Positions 37,612-51,513 of a DNA stretch of 64,000 nt are shown here, in pieces (positions within the stretch are counted from its first letter, which is position 1; the number at the start of each line of letters is the position of its first letter). This stretch comes from Macrostomum lignano. Its lineage: Eukaryota. The stretch lies in NCBI GenBank assembly GCA_002269645.1, contig NIVC01001678.1, positions 186,001 to 250,000 of the forward strand, in the 5' to 3' direction. A program made the translations under genes and the position numbers. A model generated the notes under the pieces. The model was not told where the DNA came from and searched no databases. It saw only the letters and a program-made list of their open reading frames with translations.

Positions 37612-39258
37612 ACTCAGTTCCTGAGCATTAATCCCATCAGTTCCTGAGCATTAATCTCATCAGTTCCCGAGCATTAATCACATCAGTTCCTGAGCATTAA
37701 TCCCATCAGTTCCTGAGCATTAATCTCATCAGTTCCTGAGCATTAATCCCATCAGTTCCTGAGCATTAATCCCATCAGTTCCTGAGCATTAATCCCATCA
37801 GTTCCTGAGCATTAATCCCATCAGTTCCCGAGCATTAATCCCATCAGTTCCCAAGCAATAATCCCATCAGTTCCTGAGCATTAATCTCATCAGTTCCCGA
37901 GCATTAATCACATCAGTTCCTGAGCATTAATCCCATCAGTTCCTGAGCATTAATCTCATCAGTTCCTGAGCATTAATCCCATCAGTTCCTGAGCATTAAT
38001 CCCATCAGTTCCTGAGCATTAATCCCATCAGTTCCTGAGCATTAATCCCATCAGTTCCCGAGCATTAATCCCATCAGTTCCCAAGCATTAATCCCATCAG
38101 TTCCTGAGCATTAATCCCATCAGTTCCTGAGCATTAATCCCATCAGTTCCTGAGCATTAATCCCATCAGTTCCCGAGCATTAATCCCATCAGTTCCCGAG
38201 CATTAATCCCATCAGTTCCTGAGCATTAATCCCATCAGTTCCTGAGCATTAATCCCATCAGTTCCCGAGCATTAATCCCATCAGTTCCCAAGCATTAATC
38301 CCATCAGTTCCTGAGCATTAATCTCATCAGTTCCCAAGCATTAATCCCATCAGTTCCCGAGCATTAATCCCATCAGTTCCTGAGCATTAATCCCATCAGT
38401 TCCCAAGCATTAATCCCATCAGTTCCTGAGCATTAATCCCATCAGTTCCTGAGCATTAATCCCATCAGTTCCTGAGCATTAATCCCATCAGTTCCCGAGC
38501 ATTAATCCCATCAGTTCCTGAGCATTAATCCCATCAGTTCCTGAGCATTAATCCCATCAGTTCCTGAGCATTAATCCCATCAGTTCCTGAGCATTAATCC
38601 CATCAGTTCCCGAGCATTAATCCCATCAGTTCCTGAGCATTAATCCCATCAGTTCCCGAGCATTAATCCCATCAGTTCCTGAGCATTAATCCCATCAGTT
38701 CCCGAGCATTAATCCCATCAGTTCCCGAGCATTAATCCCATCAGTTCCCGAGCATTAATCCCATCAGTTCCCGAGCATTAATCCCATCAGTTCCTGAGCA
38801 TTAATCCCATCAGTTCCCGAGCATTAATCCCATCAGTTCCCGAGCATTAATCCCATCAGTTCCCGAGCATTAATCCCATCAGTTCCCGAGCATTAATCCC
38901 ATCAGTTCCTGAGCATTAATCCCATCAGTTCCCGAGCATTAATCCCATCAGTTCCTGAGCATTAATCCCATCAGTTCCCGAGCATTAATCCCATCAGTTC
39001 CCGAGCTTTAATCCCATCAGTTCCTGAGCATTAATCCCATCAGTTCCCGAGCATTAATCCCATCAGTTCCTGAGCATTAATCCCATCAGTTCCCGAGCAT
39101 TAATCCCATCAGTTCCCGAGCATTAATCCCATCAGTTCCCGAGCATTAATCCCATCAGTTCCTGAGCATTAATCCCATCAGTTCCCGAGCATTAATCCCA
39201 TCAGTTCCCGAGCTTTAATCCCATCAGTTCCTGAGCATTAATCCCATCAGTTCCTGAG
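37612..39258. repeat. 24-bp minisatellite (CATCAGTTCCYGAGCATTAATCCC), ~68 copies
   Basis: Direct periodicity. Confidence 0.97.
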
Positions 39259-39616
39259 TATTAAATCGAATAATCTAAAAGTTTCTGCACTTTCACTTTT
39301 TGAGGTAAATTCCAATTTCAACCATAGCCATTCAAAAGCACTGTTCCGCAATGATACTTTTCAAAGGGATTACCTTTTGACGGGAGAAAAAGTATGCCTG
39401 TTATTTTTAGAGAGGATTTCGCATTAAAGAGCGTCGTTTGATGTCTGAAATTAAAGCTGCCTGTCTTTGTTGCTAGGAGAAAAAGTGTAACTGCTTTGGA
39501 GAGAAAAGTACAAATCGAGAGAAAAGAGAATACTAAAGAGAATGAAAAGAAGTTTGGCTTGTGTAAAATACTTCAAGTATTAGTGGAGAGCAGCAATGGA
39601 GAGTCTTGAGAGAACT

Positions 39617-40146
39617 CCATATGCTAGAGACTCGACCTCTTATCTCCAGGCAGCCGTGTCTACAGAACTCCATGCTAGAGACTCGATCTCTCATCCCCAG
39701 ACACCCGTGTCTACAGAACTCCATGCTAGAGACCCGACCTCTGATCTCCAGACACCCGTGTCTACAGAACTCCATGCTAGAGACTCGACCTCTCATCCCC
39801 AGACAGCCGTGTCTACAGAACTCCATGCTAGAGACCCGACCTCTGATCTCCAGACACCCGTGTCTACAGAACTCCATGCTAGAGACCCGACCTCTGATCT
39901 CCAGACACCCGTGTCTACAGAACTCCATGCTGGAGACTCGACCTCTCATCTCCAGACACCCGTGTCTACAGAACTCCATGCTAGAGACTCGACCTCTCAT
40001 CTCCAGACACCCGTGTCTACAGAACTCCATGCTAGAGACCCGACCTCTGATCTCCAGACACCCGTGTCTACAGAACTCCATGCTAGAGACCCGACCTCTC
40101 ATCCCCAGACAGCCGTGTCTACAGAACTCCATGCTGGAGACTCGAC
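39617..40146. repeat. 51-bp minisatellite, ~10 copies
   Basis: 17-residue periodicity in the ORF track (TPVSTELHARDPTSDLQ). Confidence 0.95.
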
Positions 40147-40186
40147 CGGTACCCGCGGGTCCCAGTCATCTTCATCCCTAGCGACA

Positions 40187-40599
40187 GCCGCCAGATCAAA
40201 GCCAAACCCTGGAGCCTCCTCCCATCCCACCCACTGAGTCTCCTCTCGCCGGTGGTCTCTTTGACTTCAAAGGAAATTGGAAAACGCACAGCGACGACAC
40301 GACTCAAGGGAAAGTTGAGCAGGTCTTCTTGGCCAAAGCGCAGGAGGGGGGAGGACGACTCTGGGCACCCTTTTGGTCACTTCAAAGAGACGAAGGGAAA
40401 GATGCGAGAGAGGTGAGCAGTGCTCGGCAAACGTTCCCCCCGTAGATGAAGCCCCCCTATCGTCTAATCAAAGCGCCTCCCCTTTTCCCGAGACAGTCCG
40501 GACTTTGCCGGATCCTCTACAGCTCTGCTGCTTTTGCCTTTCTTGCCTGCTTCTGGTGATGCTGCTGCTGCTGCTGCTGCAGCCTCTGGACATCAAAGG
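40187..40599 (+). promoter_or_regulatory. Candidate Wnt/TCF-response element: five WWCAAAG sites plus a Helper site
   Basis: ATCAAAG at 40195, 40467 and 40592 (the last within ACATCAAAGG); TTCAAAG at 40266 and 40381; GCCGCCA at 40187-40193 abuts the first site. Confidence 0.55.
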
Positions 40600-40904
40600 G
40601 CCGGATTAGAGACTTCATTAGCTTAATGCCGCCCCACCCCTTTTCCCGCCTCTGCGGGGGGTGGGTGGATGATGGCGCGCTTCTCTCAAGCGCGTCTGCT
40701 TCTTCTTGTTCTTGTTTTCCTTTCCTGTAACCATGGCTAAAGAGAGCTAAGTTCGCGAGCTCGCTCCTCGCCTCCTCTGACCCCCGCCCTATCTGCAGCA
40801 GCAGCAGGCTTCGAAATCTGAGAGGTGCTGTGAGCTGCATTCGACTGCGCACCCGCTCATTTCTCAACAGTAGCTCCGATTCCACTTAATCAACTGCTCA
40901 ACCA

Positions 40905-41302
40905 AGCTGCTTCCACTCTCTAAACTGCTTCCACTCTACTAAACTGCTTCCACTCTACTAAACTGCTTCCAATCTACTAAAACGTTTCCACTCTACTAAA
41001 CTGCTTCCAATCTACTAAACTGCTTTCACTCTACTAAACTGCTTCCGATCTATTAAACTTCTTCCGATCTATTAAACTTCTTCCAATCTACTAAACTGCT
41101 TCCACTCTACTAAACTGCTTCCAATCTACTAAACTGCTTCCGATCTACTAAACTGCTTGGAGTCTACTAAACTGCTTCTACTCTACTAAACTGCTTCCAC
41201 TCTACTAAACTGCTTCCAATCTACTAAACTGCTTCCGATCTACTAAACTGCTTGGAGTCTACTAAACTGCTTCTACTCTACTAAACTGCTTCCACTCCCT
41301 AA
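40905..41302. repeat. 19-bp repeat (TAAACTGCTTCCACTCTAC)
   Basis: Direct periodicity. Confidence 0.93.
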
Positions 41303-42169
41303 ACAGACTGCCAAAACCCATGCAGTACCAAGACACCAGAATGAAAATAAGTGTTCATAAAAACCTCTGCCCAGTCAAAGCTCCATCGAGCGCGCAGCTG
41401 CACTCAGCATCCGGCGCCACCTGCGCTATTTTGTTGCGAGAGCACAAAGAGCGAGAGAGCGGGTCACAAAATTCCCACCTCGATCACGTGTTCTCATCTC
41501 CGAGGAAGGGAGACAGATAGAAGCTGCGGCATTTTCGTACCCAGTTATCCTCACCAAGAAAAAAACCTCCGGCTCCATCTATTTTTCAAGGCCATTATTC
41601 CCCATTATCCAGATGAAGACGCGGCAGCTGGGACCTCCGAGCCGACGCTGTGCTTTTTTTCTGCTCCTAGGAGCTATAGGGTCCTCCTTTTCGGGAACAA
41701 GTTAACAAGGCCTCCTCACGCTTATTCAACAACAAGAAATACTTTCGATACAAACTGGGGTTGCAGACCTGAACTGCCGTGTCCGATATTTAGGGGGCTT
41801 CGCCGCGAGGTTCGAGTAGGGGGGGGGACTACGAGATTTAATTACCTTTTTCCCCAAATATCGAGCTTTGCTCTTCTACAACAGAAGAAGAGTGTATAGC
41901 GGGTTCTGGTAATTACAGGCTTGCTTAGACCTGCGGGAGTCCCTACGACAGCTCTGTAGCCAGCCCCTGGGGATAAGGATTCTGTAGTCACTACAGCTTT
42001 ATACAAGGATCACACAAGTTATCTTCAATGAGGTTTGGGATGGTCTTAATTAAGTTGAGCAGTCGTTGAGAGGTGCGATTGCATAAATAGACAGGGTTCT
42101 CAGTCCGTTTTTTATTTATGATTTTTGGTGTCTTGTTGATGGTTATATCGGTTGGTTAATGGTTATATG

Positions 42170-42906
42170 ATGTTGGTCATATCCTGTTCCTATTGGTCAT
42201 ATGATATTGGTCATATCCTGTTCCTATTGGTCATATGATATTGGTCATATCCTGTTCCTATTGGTCATATGATATTGGTCATATCCTGTTCCTATTGGTC
42301 ATATGATATTGGTCATATCCTGTTCCTATTGGTCATATGATATTGGTCATATCCTGTTCCTATTGCTCATATGATATTGGTCAAATCCTGTTCCTATTGG
42401 TCACATCCTGTTCCTATTGGTCATATGATATTGGTCATATCCTGTTCCTATTGGTCACATCCTGTTCCTATTGGTCATATGATATTGGTCATATCCTGTT
42501 CCTATTGGTCATATGATGTTGGTCATATCCTGTTCCTATTGGTCACATGATATTGGTCAAATCCTGTTCCCATTGGTCACATCCTGTTCCTATTGGTCAT
42601 ATAATATTGGTCATATCCTGTTCCTATTGGTCACATCCTGTTCCTATTGGTCATATGATATTGGTCATATCCTGTTCCTATTGGTCATATGATGTTGGTC
42701 ATATCCTGTTCCTATTGGTCATATGATGTTGGTCATATCCTGTTCCTATTGGCCATATGATATTGGTCATATCCTGTTCCTATTGGTCATATGATGTTGG
42801 TCATATCCTGTTCCTATTGGTCATATGATATTGGTCATATCCTGTTCCTATTGGTCATATGATGTTGGTCATATCCTGTTCCTATTGGTCATATGATGTT
42901 GGTCAT
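42170..42906. repeat. 34-bp minisatellite made of 20- and 14-bp subunits (ATCCTGTTCCTATTGGTCAT + ATGATATTGGTCAT)
   Basis: Direct periodicity; some units lack the 14-bp subunit. Confidence 0.95.
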
Positions 42907-43420
42907 GTTCTAATATTCAAATGATATTAGTCATAGCCTGCTTTTGTTGGTCATATAACGTTGGTCATGCAAGACCTCAAGTAATATTTTCGCTCAGAAC
43001 TGCAAACAGACACAATTTCTGGCCTCAATATTTCCCAGAAGTTCGTGTATCGCACAGGGAATTCTTTGTAGCCAAAACAGTTTTGAATTTGCTACTAGAT
43101 TCTTTCATAAACCATACCTACTAACAAATCAGTTCAGAGAGAGAGAAGTGAGACCGTGAAAAAACCGAGACTTCAGAGAGAAAAAATGGGATAATAGTGG
43201 AAGTTCTTAATCTCATCCGGTAACGGGATCTATCGGGAGGGTGACTTATTTGGATCTCCAAGCCCAGGAGGTTCTGATTGTAACAAATCAGAATTGTAGC
43301 GGAACTAATTTATGATTTAATATCATTTTTCGCTTTAACAACAGCCGAATTTCTGTGAAAATGATTCATTTTTGGATTAGGAAAAGCGATCACCTGACAT
43401 ACTTCTCTATGGTGATACTT

Positions 43421-44115
43421 CCTGACATTCTAGCCTTCTCTTCCTGACATTCCAGCCTTCTCTTCCTGACATTCTAGCTTTCTCTTCCTGACATTCCAGC
43501 CTTCTCTTCCTGACATTCTAGCTTTCTCTTCCTGACATTCCAGCCTTCTCTTCCTGACATTCTAGCTTTCTCTTCCTGACACTGCAGCCTTCTCTTCCTG
43601 ACATTCTAGCCTTCTCTTCCTGACACTCCAACCTCTTCCTGACACTCCAACCTCTTCCTGACCTCCAGCTTTCTCTTCCTGACATTCCAGCCTTCTCTTC
43701 CTGACACTGCAGCCTTCTCTTCCTGACACTGCAGCCTTCTCTTCCTGACACTGCAGCCTTATCTTCCTGACATTCTAGCCTTCTCTTCCTGACATTCCAG
43801 CCTTCTCTTCCTGACACTGCAGCCTTCTCCTGACACTCTAGCCTTCTCTTCCTGACACTGCAGCCTTCTCTTCCTGACATTCTAGCCTTCTCTTCCTGAC
43901 ACTCCAACCTCTTCCTGACACTCCAACCTCTTCCTGACACTCCAACCTTCTCTTCCCGATACTAAAACCTCTTCCTGACACTCCAGCTTTTTCTTCCTGA
44001 CACTCCAGTCTCTTCCTAACACTCCAGTCTCTTCCTAACACTCCAGTCTCTTCTAACAGTCCAGCCTCTTCCTGACACTTCATCCCTTTCTCTGACATTC
44101 CAGCCTTCTCCCTGA
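43421..44115. repeat. ~22-bp repeat (TTCCTGACATTCCAGCCTTCTC)
   Basis: Direct periodicity. Confidence 0.93.
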
Positions 44116-45057
44116 CACTACAGACTTACCTAGGCACCAATTATCCCAAGTTTTCTTCTGACAATCTTGACACCAAAATATCCAAAATCTGATGGCGTTG
44201 AACACGAAAAAGTAACTTTGGATAGAAATAAACAATGTCCCATCCCCTTTGATTACTGTTAAACAAAGCAATTTCCTTATAAAGTAAATAGTTAGACAAT
44301 TATCTTAGCAGATCAGCTGAATAATTTAGTCTCTGGGTCCAGCTCGGTTTTACTCCACAACAACTCAAGGTAAAGCCTTACTCAGCATGCACCCTGGCAT
44401 AGCCCTGTGCGTGACATTGGGGATAAACTGCAACTCTCGGGCGATAATTTAATTACAGGGTACAAATTACTTAGGAAAGAAACTGTCTATGGCCAGTGGC
44501 CTTCATATAGTCTATGGCCGCGCGCTCGCGGTCGCGTGGACTGACCGATCATTTGTATAAATGTAGAGAGACAAATAACACTGACTGGTTGACTGTTGGC
44601 CAGCTGCTATAAAGGAAGCGACATCACATGGCGTGGGACCTGCAACCTCAGCTTCCTCTACCTAATCGATTGGCACGCAAACATGTTCACTGAATCGTGT
44701 GATGGGATAAAGCCCCCCCCCCCTCACACACACCCTTTTATATACCTCCGCATGCATTTGGCGGCAAAACAGATACTACATGCGTACACACAAAGGATAG
44801 AAAGGGAAAACCGTCTTCGCTCCGCTCTCTCGCTCCATCATCTATAAGTCGGCGTTTCAACGTTTTCTCCCTCCCTTTTTCTTTTGCAGGTGGGGGTCTC
44901 GGGCGCCGCGGTTGCAGATTTGATGGGGCCAGCGGCCGAGCTGATTATTTTCGCTTGGCCGAGCCGAGGCCGCGGCGGGGCGGGCGGGGTGGATGGGAGA
45001 GAGAGACGAATTTTCAGTTCGTTTATGCACACTTCACATCAGTCAACCACGAATCTC

Positions 45058-46190
45058 AGTGACATCTCAGTCAGTGACATTCCCAGTCAGTGACATTCCC
45101 TAGTCAGTGAAATTCCCCAGTCAGTGACATTCCCCAGTCAGTGACATTCCCCAGTCAGTGACATTCCCCTGTCAGTGACATTCCCCAGTCAGTGACATTC
45201 CCCAGTCAGTGACATTCCCCAGTCAGTGACATTCCCCAGTCAGTGACATTCCCCAGTCAGTGACATTCCCCAGTCAGTGACATTCCCCAGTCAGTGAAAG
45301 TCCCAGTCAGTGACATTCCCCAGTCAGTGACATCTCAGTTAGTGACATTCCCCAGTCAGTGACATTCCCCAGTCAGTGACATTCCCCTGTCAGTGAAAGT
45401 CCCAGTCAGTGACATTCCCCAGTCAGTGACCTTCACCAATCAGTGACATTCCCCAGTCAGTGACATTCCCCAGTCAGTGACATTCCCCTCTGTCAGTGAA
45501 AGTCCCAGTGACATTCCCCAGTCAGTGACCTTCACCAATCAGTGACATCCCAGTCAGTGACATTCCCCAGTCAGTGACATTCCCCAGTCAGTGACATTCC
45601 CCAGTCAGTGACATTCCCCAGTCAGTGACATACCCCAGTCAGTGACATTCCCCAGTCAGTGACATTCCCCAGTCAGTGACATTCCCCTGTCAGTGACATT
45701 CCCCAGTCAGTGACATTCCCCAGTCAGTGACATTCCCCAGTCAGTGACATTCCCCAGTCAGTGACATACCCCAGTCAGTGACATTCCCCAGTCAGTGACA
45801 TTCCCCAGTCAGTGACATTCCCCTGTCAGTGAAAGTCCCAGTCAGTGACATTCCCCAGTCAGTGACCTTCACCAATCAGTGACATTCCCAGTCAGTGACA
45901 TTCCCCAGTCAGTGAAATTCCCCAGTCAGTGACATTCCCCTGTCAGTGAAAGTCCCAGTCAGTGACATTCCCCAGTCAGTGACCTTCACCAATCAGTGAC
46001 ATTCCCCAGTCAGTGACCTTCACCAATCAGTGACATTCCCAGTCAGTGACATTCCCCAGTCAGTGAAATTCCCCAGTCAGTGACATTCCCCAGTCAGTGA
46101 CAGTCCCAGTCAGCGACATTCCTAATCTGTGACATTCCCAGTCAGTGACATCCCAGTCAGTGACATTCCCAGTAAGTTACATCCCAATCA
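45058..46190. repeat. 17-bp minisatellite (CAGTGACATTCCCCAGT)
   Basis: Direct periodicity. Confidence 0.95.
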
Positions 46191-46924
46191 GTGGCATCCC
46201 AGGTAGAATGCTCCTAGCCCTCCGAGAATTTTTCATTCATACTCTGTGTAAACTAAAAACTACACAACTTAGGCCTATCGTGTATTAAAGACACCCCAGA
46301 CTCCGGGGATTAATGCTCAAGTAGGGATGCTTTGGCAACACGCACAAACACGCGACACCACACAAACGCGTGGTAAGCCGAGACAACAATTACGCAAACA
46401 GCAAAAAATCCTTGATCTCCGCCTGTTCCTTCGAATCGAATCGAATCCATTATCGACCGAGAGCTGCTCAGCCGAGCGGCTGCTCAAGCGGAGCACACGA
46501 CAAGTGTGAAATCTTTGGATTATGGATTAACGCCTCTCCCCTGGACTGATTCGGACTGCAGGGATCAAAGACTGGATGAGGGGGGATTTTTGAGCTTGGA
46601 GCGAAGAGAGAGGAGAGCTCGGAGCGGGGAAGGTAAATCGATACCACGTGATGCTCATGGGGCGGTGAAATTCCGCATGCAAAGGCCCTGAATGAGTAAA
46701 ATTGGCCCAATGCATGCAAGCGGATGCTGCGTGAGCCCAATCGACTTTATCTGGATTATAGCGGCTAAAATCTGTGTGGGTTGGTCAGCCAGGGATGGCA
46801 AGCAAGAAACAACAGGTGACAAAGATGTTTAAAAACGAACGAGTTTGGTTCCTTGATGGAAATGTTTTTAGCTCGCCTGAAAACCAGAATTTCCTCGACT
46901 TGAAGCTTTAAAATTCCTTCCCCC

Positions 46925-47995
46925 AGAACCCTGAAGTTTCTCCCTCTGCAACCCTGAAGTTTCTTCCTCTGCAACCCTGAAGTTTCTCCCTCTGCAACCC
47001 TGAAGTTTCTCCCTCTGCAACCCTAAAGTTTCTTCCTCTGCAACCCTGAAGTTTCTCCCTCTGCAACCCTGAAGTTTCTCCCTCTGCAACCCTGAATTTC
47101 TTCCTCTGCAACCCTGAAGTTTCTTCCTCTGCAACCCTGAAGTTTCTTCCTCTGCAACCCTGAAGTTTCTCCCTCTGCAACCCTGAAGTTTCTCCCTCTG
47201 CAACCCTGAAGTTTCTCCCTCTGCAACCCTGAATTTCTTCCTCTGCAACCCTGAAGTTTCTTCCTCTGCAACCCTGAAGTTTCTTCCTCTGCAACCCTGA
47301 AGTTTCTCCCTCTGCAACCCTGAAGTTTCTTCCTCTGAAAGCCTGAAGTTCTCCCCTCGAAGCCTGAAGTTCTCCCCTCAAAGCCTGAAGTTCTCCCTTC
47401 GAAGCCTGAAGTTCTCCCCTCGAAGCCTGAAGTTCTCCCTTCGAAGCCTGAAGTTCTCCCCTCGAAGCCTGAAGTTCTCCCTCGAAGCCTGAAGTTCTTC
47501 CCTCGAAGCCTGAAGTTCTCTCCTCGAAGCCTGAAGTTCTCCCCTCGAAGCCTGAAGTTCTCCCTTCGAAGCCTGAAGTTCTCCCCTCGAAGCCTGAAGT
47601 TCTCCCCTCGAAGCCTGAAGTTCTCCCCTCGAAGCCTGAAGTTCTCCCTTCGAAGCCTGAAGTTCTCCCCTCGAAGCCTGAAGTTCTCCCTCGAAGCCTG
47701 AAGTTCTCCCCTCGAAGCCTGAAGTTCTCCCTTCGAAGCCTGAAGTTCTCCCCTCGAAGCCTGAAGTTCTCCCTTCGAAGCCTGAAGTTCTACCCTCGAA
47801 GCCTGAAGTTCTCCCCTCGAAGCCTGAAGTTCTCTCCCCTGAAAGCCTGAAGTTCTCTCCCCTGAAAGCCTGAAGTTCTCCCCTCGAAGCCTGAAGTTCT
47901 CCCCTCGAAGCCTGAAGTTCTCCCCTCGAAGCCTGAAGTTCTCTCCTCGAAGCCTGAAGTTCTCCTTTCGAAGCCTGAAGTTCTCCCCTCAAAGC
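46925..47995. repeat. Compound array: 23-bp unit (ACCCTGAAGTTTCTYCCTCTGCA) to ~47338, then 21-bp unit (GAAGCCTGAAGTTCTCCCCTC)
   Basis: Direct periodicity; shared CCTGAAGTT core. Confidence 0.95.
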
Positions 47996-48519
47996 CTCCC
48001 TGAAACCCAGAATTTCCTGACCTCAGAAAGGTCTCTTTCCAGGAATCATTGCCAGCTAGAGATCTGATCCCCTTTGCGATGCAGTTGGATCGTTGAGTCA
48101 AAGCCTGCACGTGCACCGATGTAACTCTATATTGCTTTGGTTTGAAAACAAAGCTGCGCATTAATAGAAACTTTTTTGAAGCATTGAGACTTAAAACACA
48201 CTGCCTTGAACTACAGTTGGCAAACATTTTGTGTTTTTATTGATCATTTGTGCCAATTATTCACCCAATTGGTTTGCCAATGGATTGTCAATTAGTTAAA
48301 TAATTTGACATTGATTTCTTAATTAGATTAAAAGCAAATTATTGACGAGAATTAAAGCAGATTCTATTACAAAAAACAATTAGTTTCAAAATCAAAACAC
48401 AGGTTTTCTTTAACATAAGCTCCTGCATGTTCACTAAAACGGCCACTCTGAATTGACAATTGTCTAATTAGAAGAAGCAATGGTGCTCAATGTAGTTAAT
48501 TGGGTTTCATGAGATTCTG

Positions 48520-49545
48520 GGTGGGGTTTCAGGAGATTCTTTGGGGTTTCAGGAGATTCTGTGGGGTTTCAGGAGATTCTGTGGAGTTTCAGGAGATTCT
48601 GTGGGGTTTCCGGAGATTCTGTGGGGTTTCAGGAGATTCTGTTGGGTTTCAGGAGATTTTGTGGGGTTTCAGGAGGTTCTGTGGGGTTTCAGGAGATTCT
48701 GTTTGGTTTCAGGAGATTCTGTGGGGATTCTGTGGGGTTTCCGGAGATTCTGTGGGGTTTCAGGAGATTCTTCAAGGTCTCAGGAGATTCTGTGGGGTTT
48801 CAGGAGATTCTGTGGGGTTTCAGGAGATTTTGTGGGGTTTCAGGAGATTCTGTGGGGCTTCAGGAGATTCTGTGGGGTTTCAGGAGATTCTGTGGGGATT
48901 CTGTGGGGTTTCCGGAGATTCTGTGGGGTTTCAGGAGATTCTTCAAGGTCTCAGGAGATTCTGTGGGGTTTCAGGAGATTCTGTGGGGTTTCAGGAGATT
49001 CTGTGGGGTTTCAGGAGATTCTGTGGGGTTTCAGGAGATTCTGTGGGGTTTCAGGAGATTCTGAATGGAGTTTCAGGAGATTCTGAATGGGGTTTCAGGA
49101 GATTCTGAATGGGGTTTCAGGAGATTCTGGATGGGGTTTCAGGAGATTCTGTGGGGTTTCAGGAGATTCTGTGGGGTTTCAGGAGATTCTGTGGGGTTTC
49201 AGGAGATTCTGTGGGTTTCAGGAGATTCTGAATGGAGTTTCAGGAGATTCTGAATGGAGTTTCAGGAGATTCTGGATGGGGTTTCAGGAGATTCTGAATG
49301 GGGTTTCAGGAGATTCTGTGGGGTTTCAGGAGATTCTGAATGGAGTTTCAGGAGATTCTGAATGGAGTTTCAGGAGATTCTGAATGGAGTTTCAGGAGAT
49401 TCTGGATGGGGTTTCAGGAGATTCTGAATGGGGTTTCAGGAGATTCTGGATGGGGTTTCAGGAGATTCTGAATGGGGTTTCAGGAGATTTTTTGGAGTTT
49501 CAAGAGATTTTGTGGGGTTTCAGGAGATTCTGGGTGGGGTTTCAG
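48520..49545. repeat. 20-23-bp minisatellite (GGGGTTTCAGGAGATTCTGT and GAAT variants)
   Basis: Direct periodicity. Confidence 0.95.
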
Positions 49546-50273
49546 AACGGGAGTTTTTTCGGAAAAGAACTGTTACAAAAGGCTTGATTTGCCTGCATTT
49601 ATACAAGCAAATCAGAATTTGCCCTATCAAAGTCAAACGCACAAACAAAGGCATCGATTTTAAAAGAATTTAGACAAGCAAAAGTTGCAAAATCCTATCC
49701 GGCCATTAGCGAAGAATTTCTAATACCCTTTACTTGATTCAATGCAAAGGACAACTATACTCAGAACTATAGATCAACTATATAACGGGGCTAATTTTGT
49801 CTCGGTTTATAATCGATGTTTATAGTTGAAGTCGATCTATTGCTCCATCACTATTTATAGGCATTGGAAGCTAAGAAGTTGACATCAGTGAGAGAAGAGA
49901 GGGCCGCCGTATGCAGAGGTTTATAAATCGATTTTTGGCATCTAATACTCAATAGCAGAGCTATATAGTAGAAGACTTAGAGACATGCGACTTGTCCATG
50001 GTACATACGAGCATAGTAACTCCATCCGGCCGCTCCGCTCTGCCTGAGCTGAGTGCAGCGCTGCATGGGTGCTCAAGCAGGGAGCAAGTGGGAAATCCAC
50101 TTGAAGCTCCCCTTTTAAGCTTTGTAGCTTTTTTCTACTACTAAAGAAATTCCCTTTTATCCCCTGTCAATCAGAGGAGGTCAAAGGAAAAAAAGGCGAG
50201 GGGCTGCACGGTCGAATTTTACGGTCAATGGCTGATTGGCTTGAAAATATAACTGATTGAGCTGTGGTCTGCT

Positions 50274-50701
<428 letters not shown>

Positions 50702-51019
50702 GTTTATTGCATGCATCAGAGATTTTGTTTGGCTACACGACAGCAAAAACTGAGCGAGCCAAGGATTTAGAGGATTAATTTACCGTTAATCTACTTTTTC
50801 TCTATCTGAGCCCGCAACCTGTATGAGGGCAGCAACGTTTGGGCGCGGTCTCCCCTCTCCTCCTCGCCCGCAGATCTAACGTGGAAATCTAATCTGCACG
50901 AAATGCCAAAGCATCTTCTTCTTGCGTTGCAACCCCCCCCCCCTAAATCGCCCTCCCTCAATCCCGGCCTTGCATTTCCATTCGACGTGCTCAAAAAAAG
51001 CTCAATGATTCCCAATTTC

Positions 51020-51360
51020 TAAGAAAGCGACCGGGCCGCCGGGGCGGCAGCCAATGAGGAGCGGCGGCTGCGAGCTGCCGGTCGCGCCCCAATTGGGAAT
51101 TCGGGGATCGGGGCGCGCCACAATTTGCCCAGCTCCCCTCGGCCCCAACCCCTCGCCTCGCAGTGTGAGCTGATGGGGAGGGGGGCAAAGGGGGGCATGG
51201 GGTGGCTGGCCCGCTTTGATGTAAAAGATAATTTTCCCTCTGTGCGTCTGTCTCTGCCTCTTTCTCCTTTTCTCCTTTTCTCTGACTTTTATCTTTTGAG
51301 AAGAGAGAGAGCAGGGCACGCTGAGACAAAGGTTCGATATTCTGCTCCCCTTTGTAACCA
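51020..51360 (+). promoter_or_regulatory. GC-rich candidate promoter of the TCF gene
   Basis: CCAAT motifs near 51051 and 51089, GC-rich tracts, a TCF consensus site CTTTGATGT at 51214-51222; lies just upstream of the first coding exon. Confidence 0.45.
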
Positions 51361-51513
51361 AAGCTAAAAAGAAGGCGGAAGGTGCGGTTTGTGTGAGACC
51401 AGCCCCTCCCGTGTGTGTGTGTGTGCCAGATCAAACGGGCGTAATCAAATTTCACAAAAGACGGAAAGACCCCTGTGGAAAGTTACCAAAAGGAAATAAA
51501 AAGCGTTTAAAGG

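Noticed and set aside
40345-40415. GEDDSGHPFGHFKE, faintly like the TCF beta-catenin-binding motif, before a GTGAG donor
   Set aside because: No nearby in-frame ATG identified, key residues are missing, and the donor phase in that frame (2) does not match the phase-1 acceptor of the TCF exon.
40517-40885. Minus-strand ORF with a poly-Q stretch
   Set aside because: No recognisable domain or clear exon boundaries; CAG runs are frequent in this genome.
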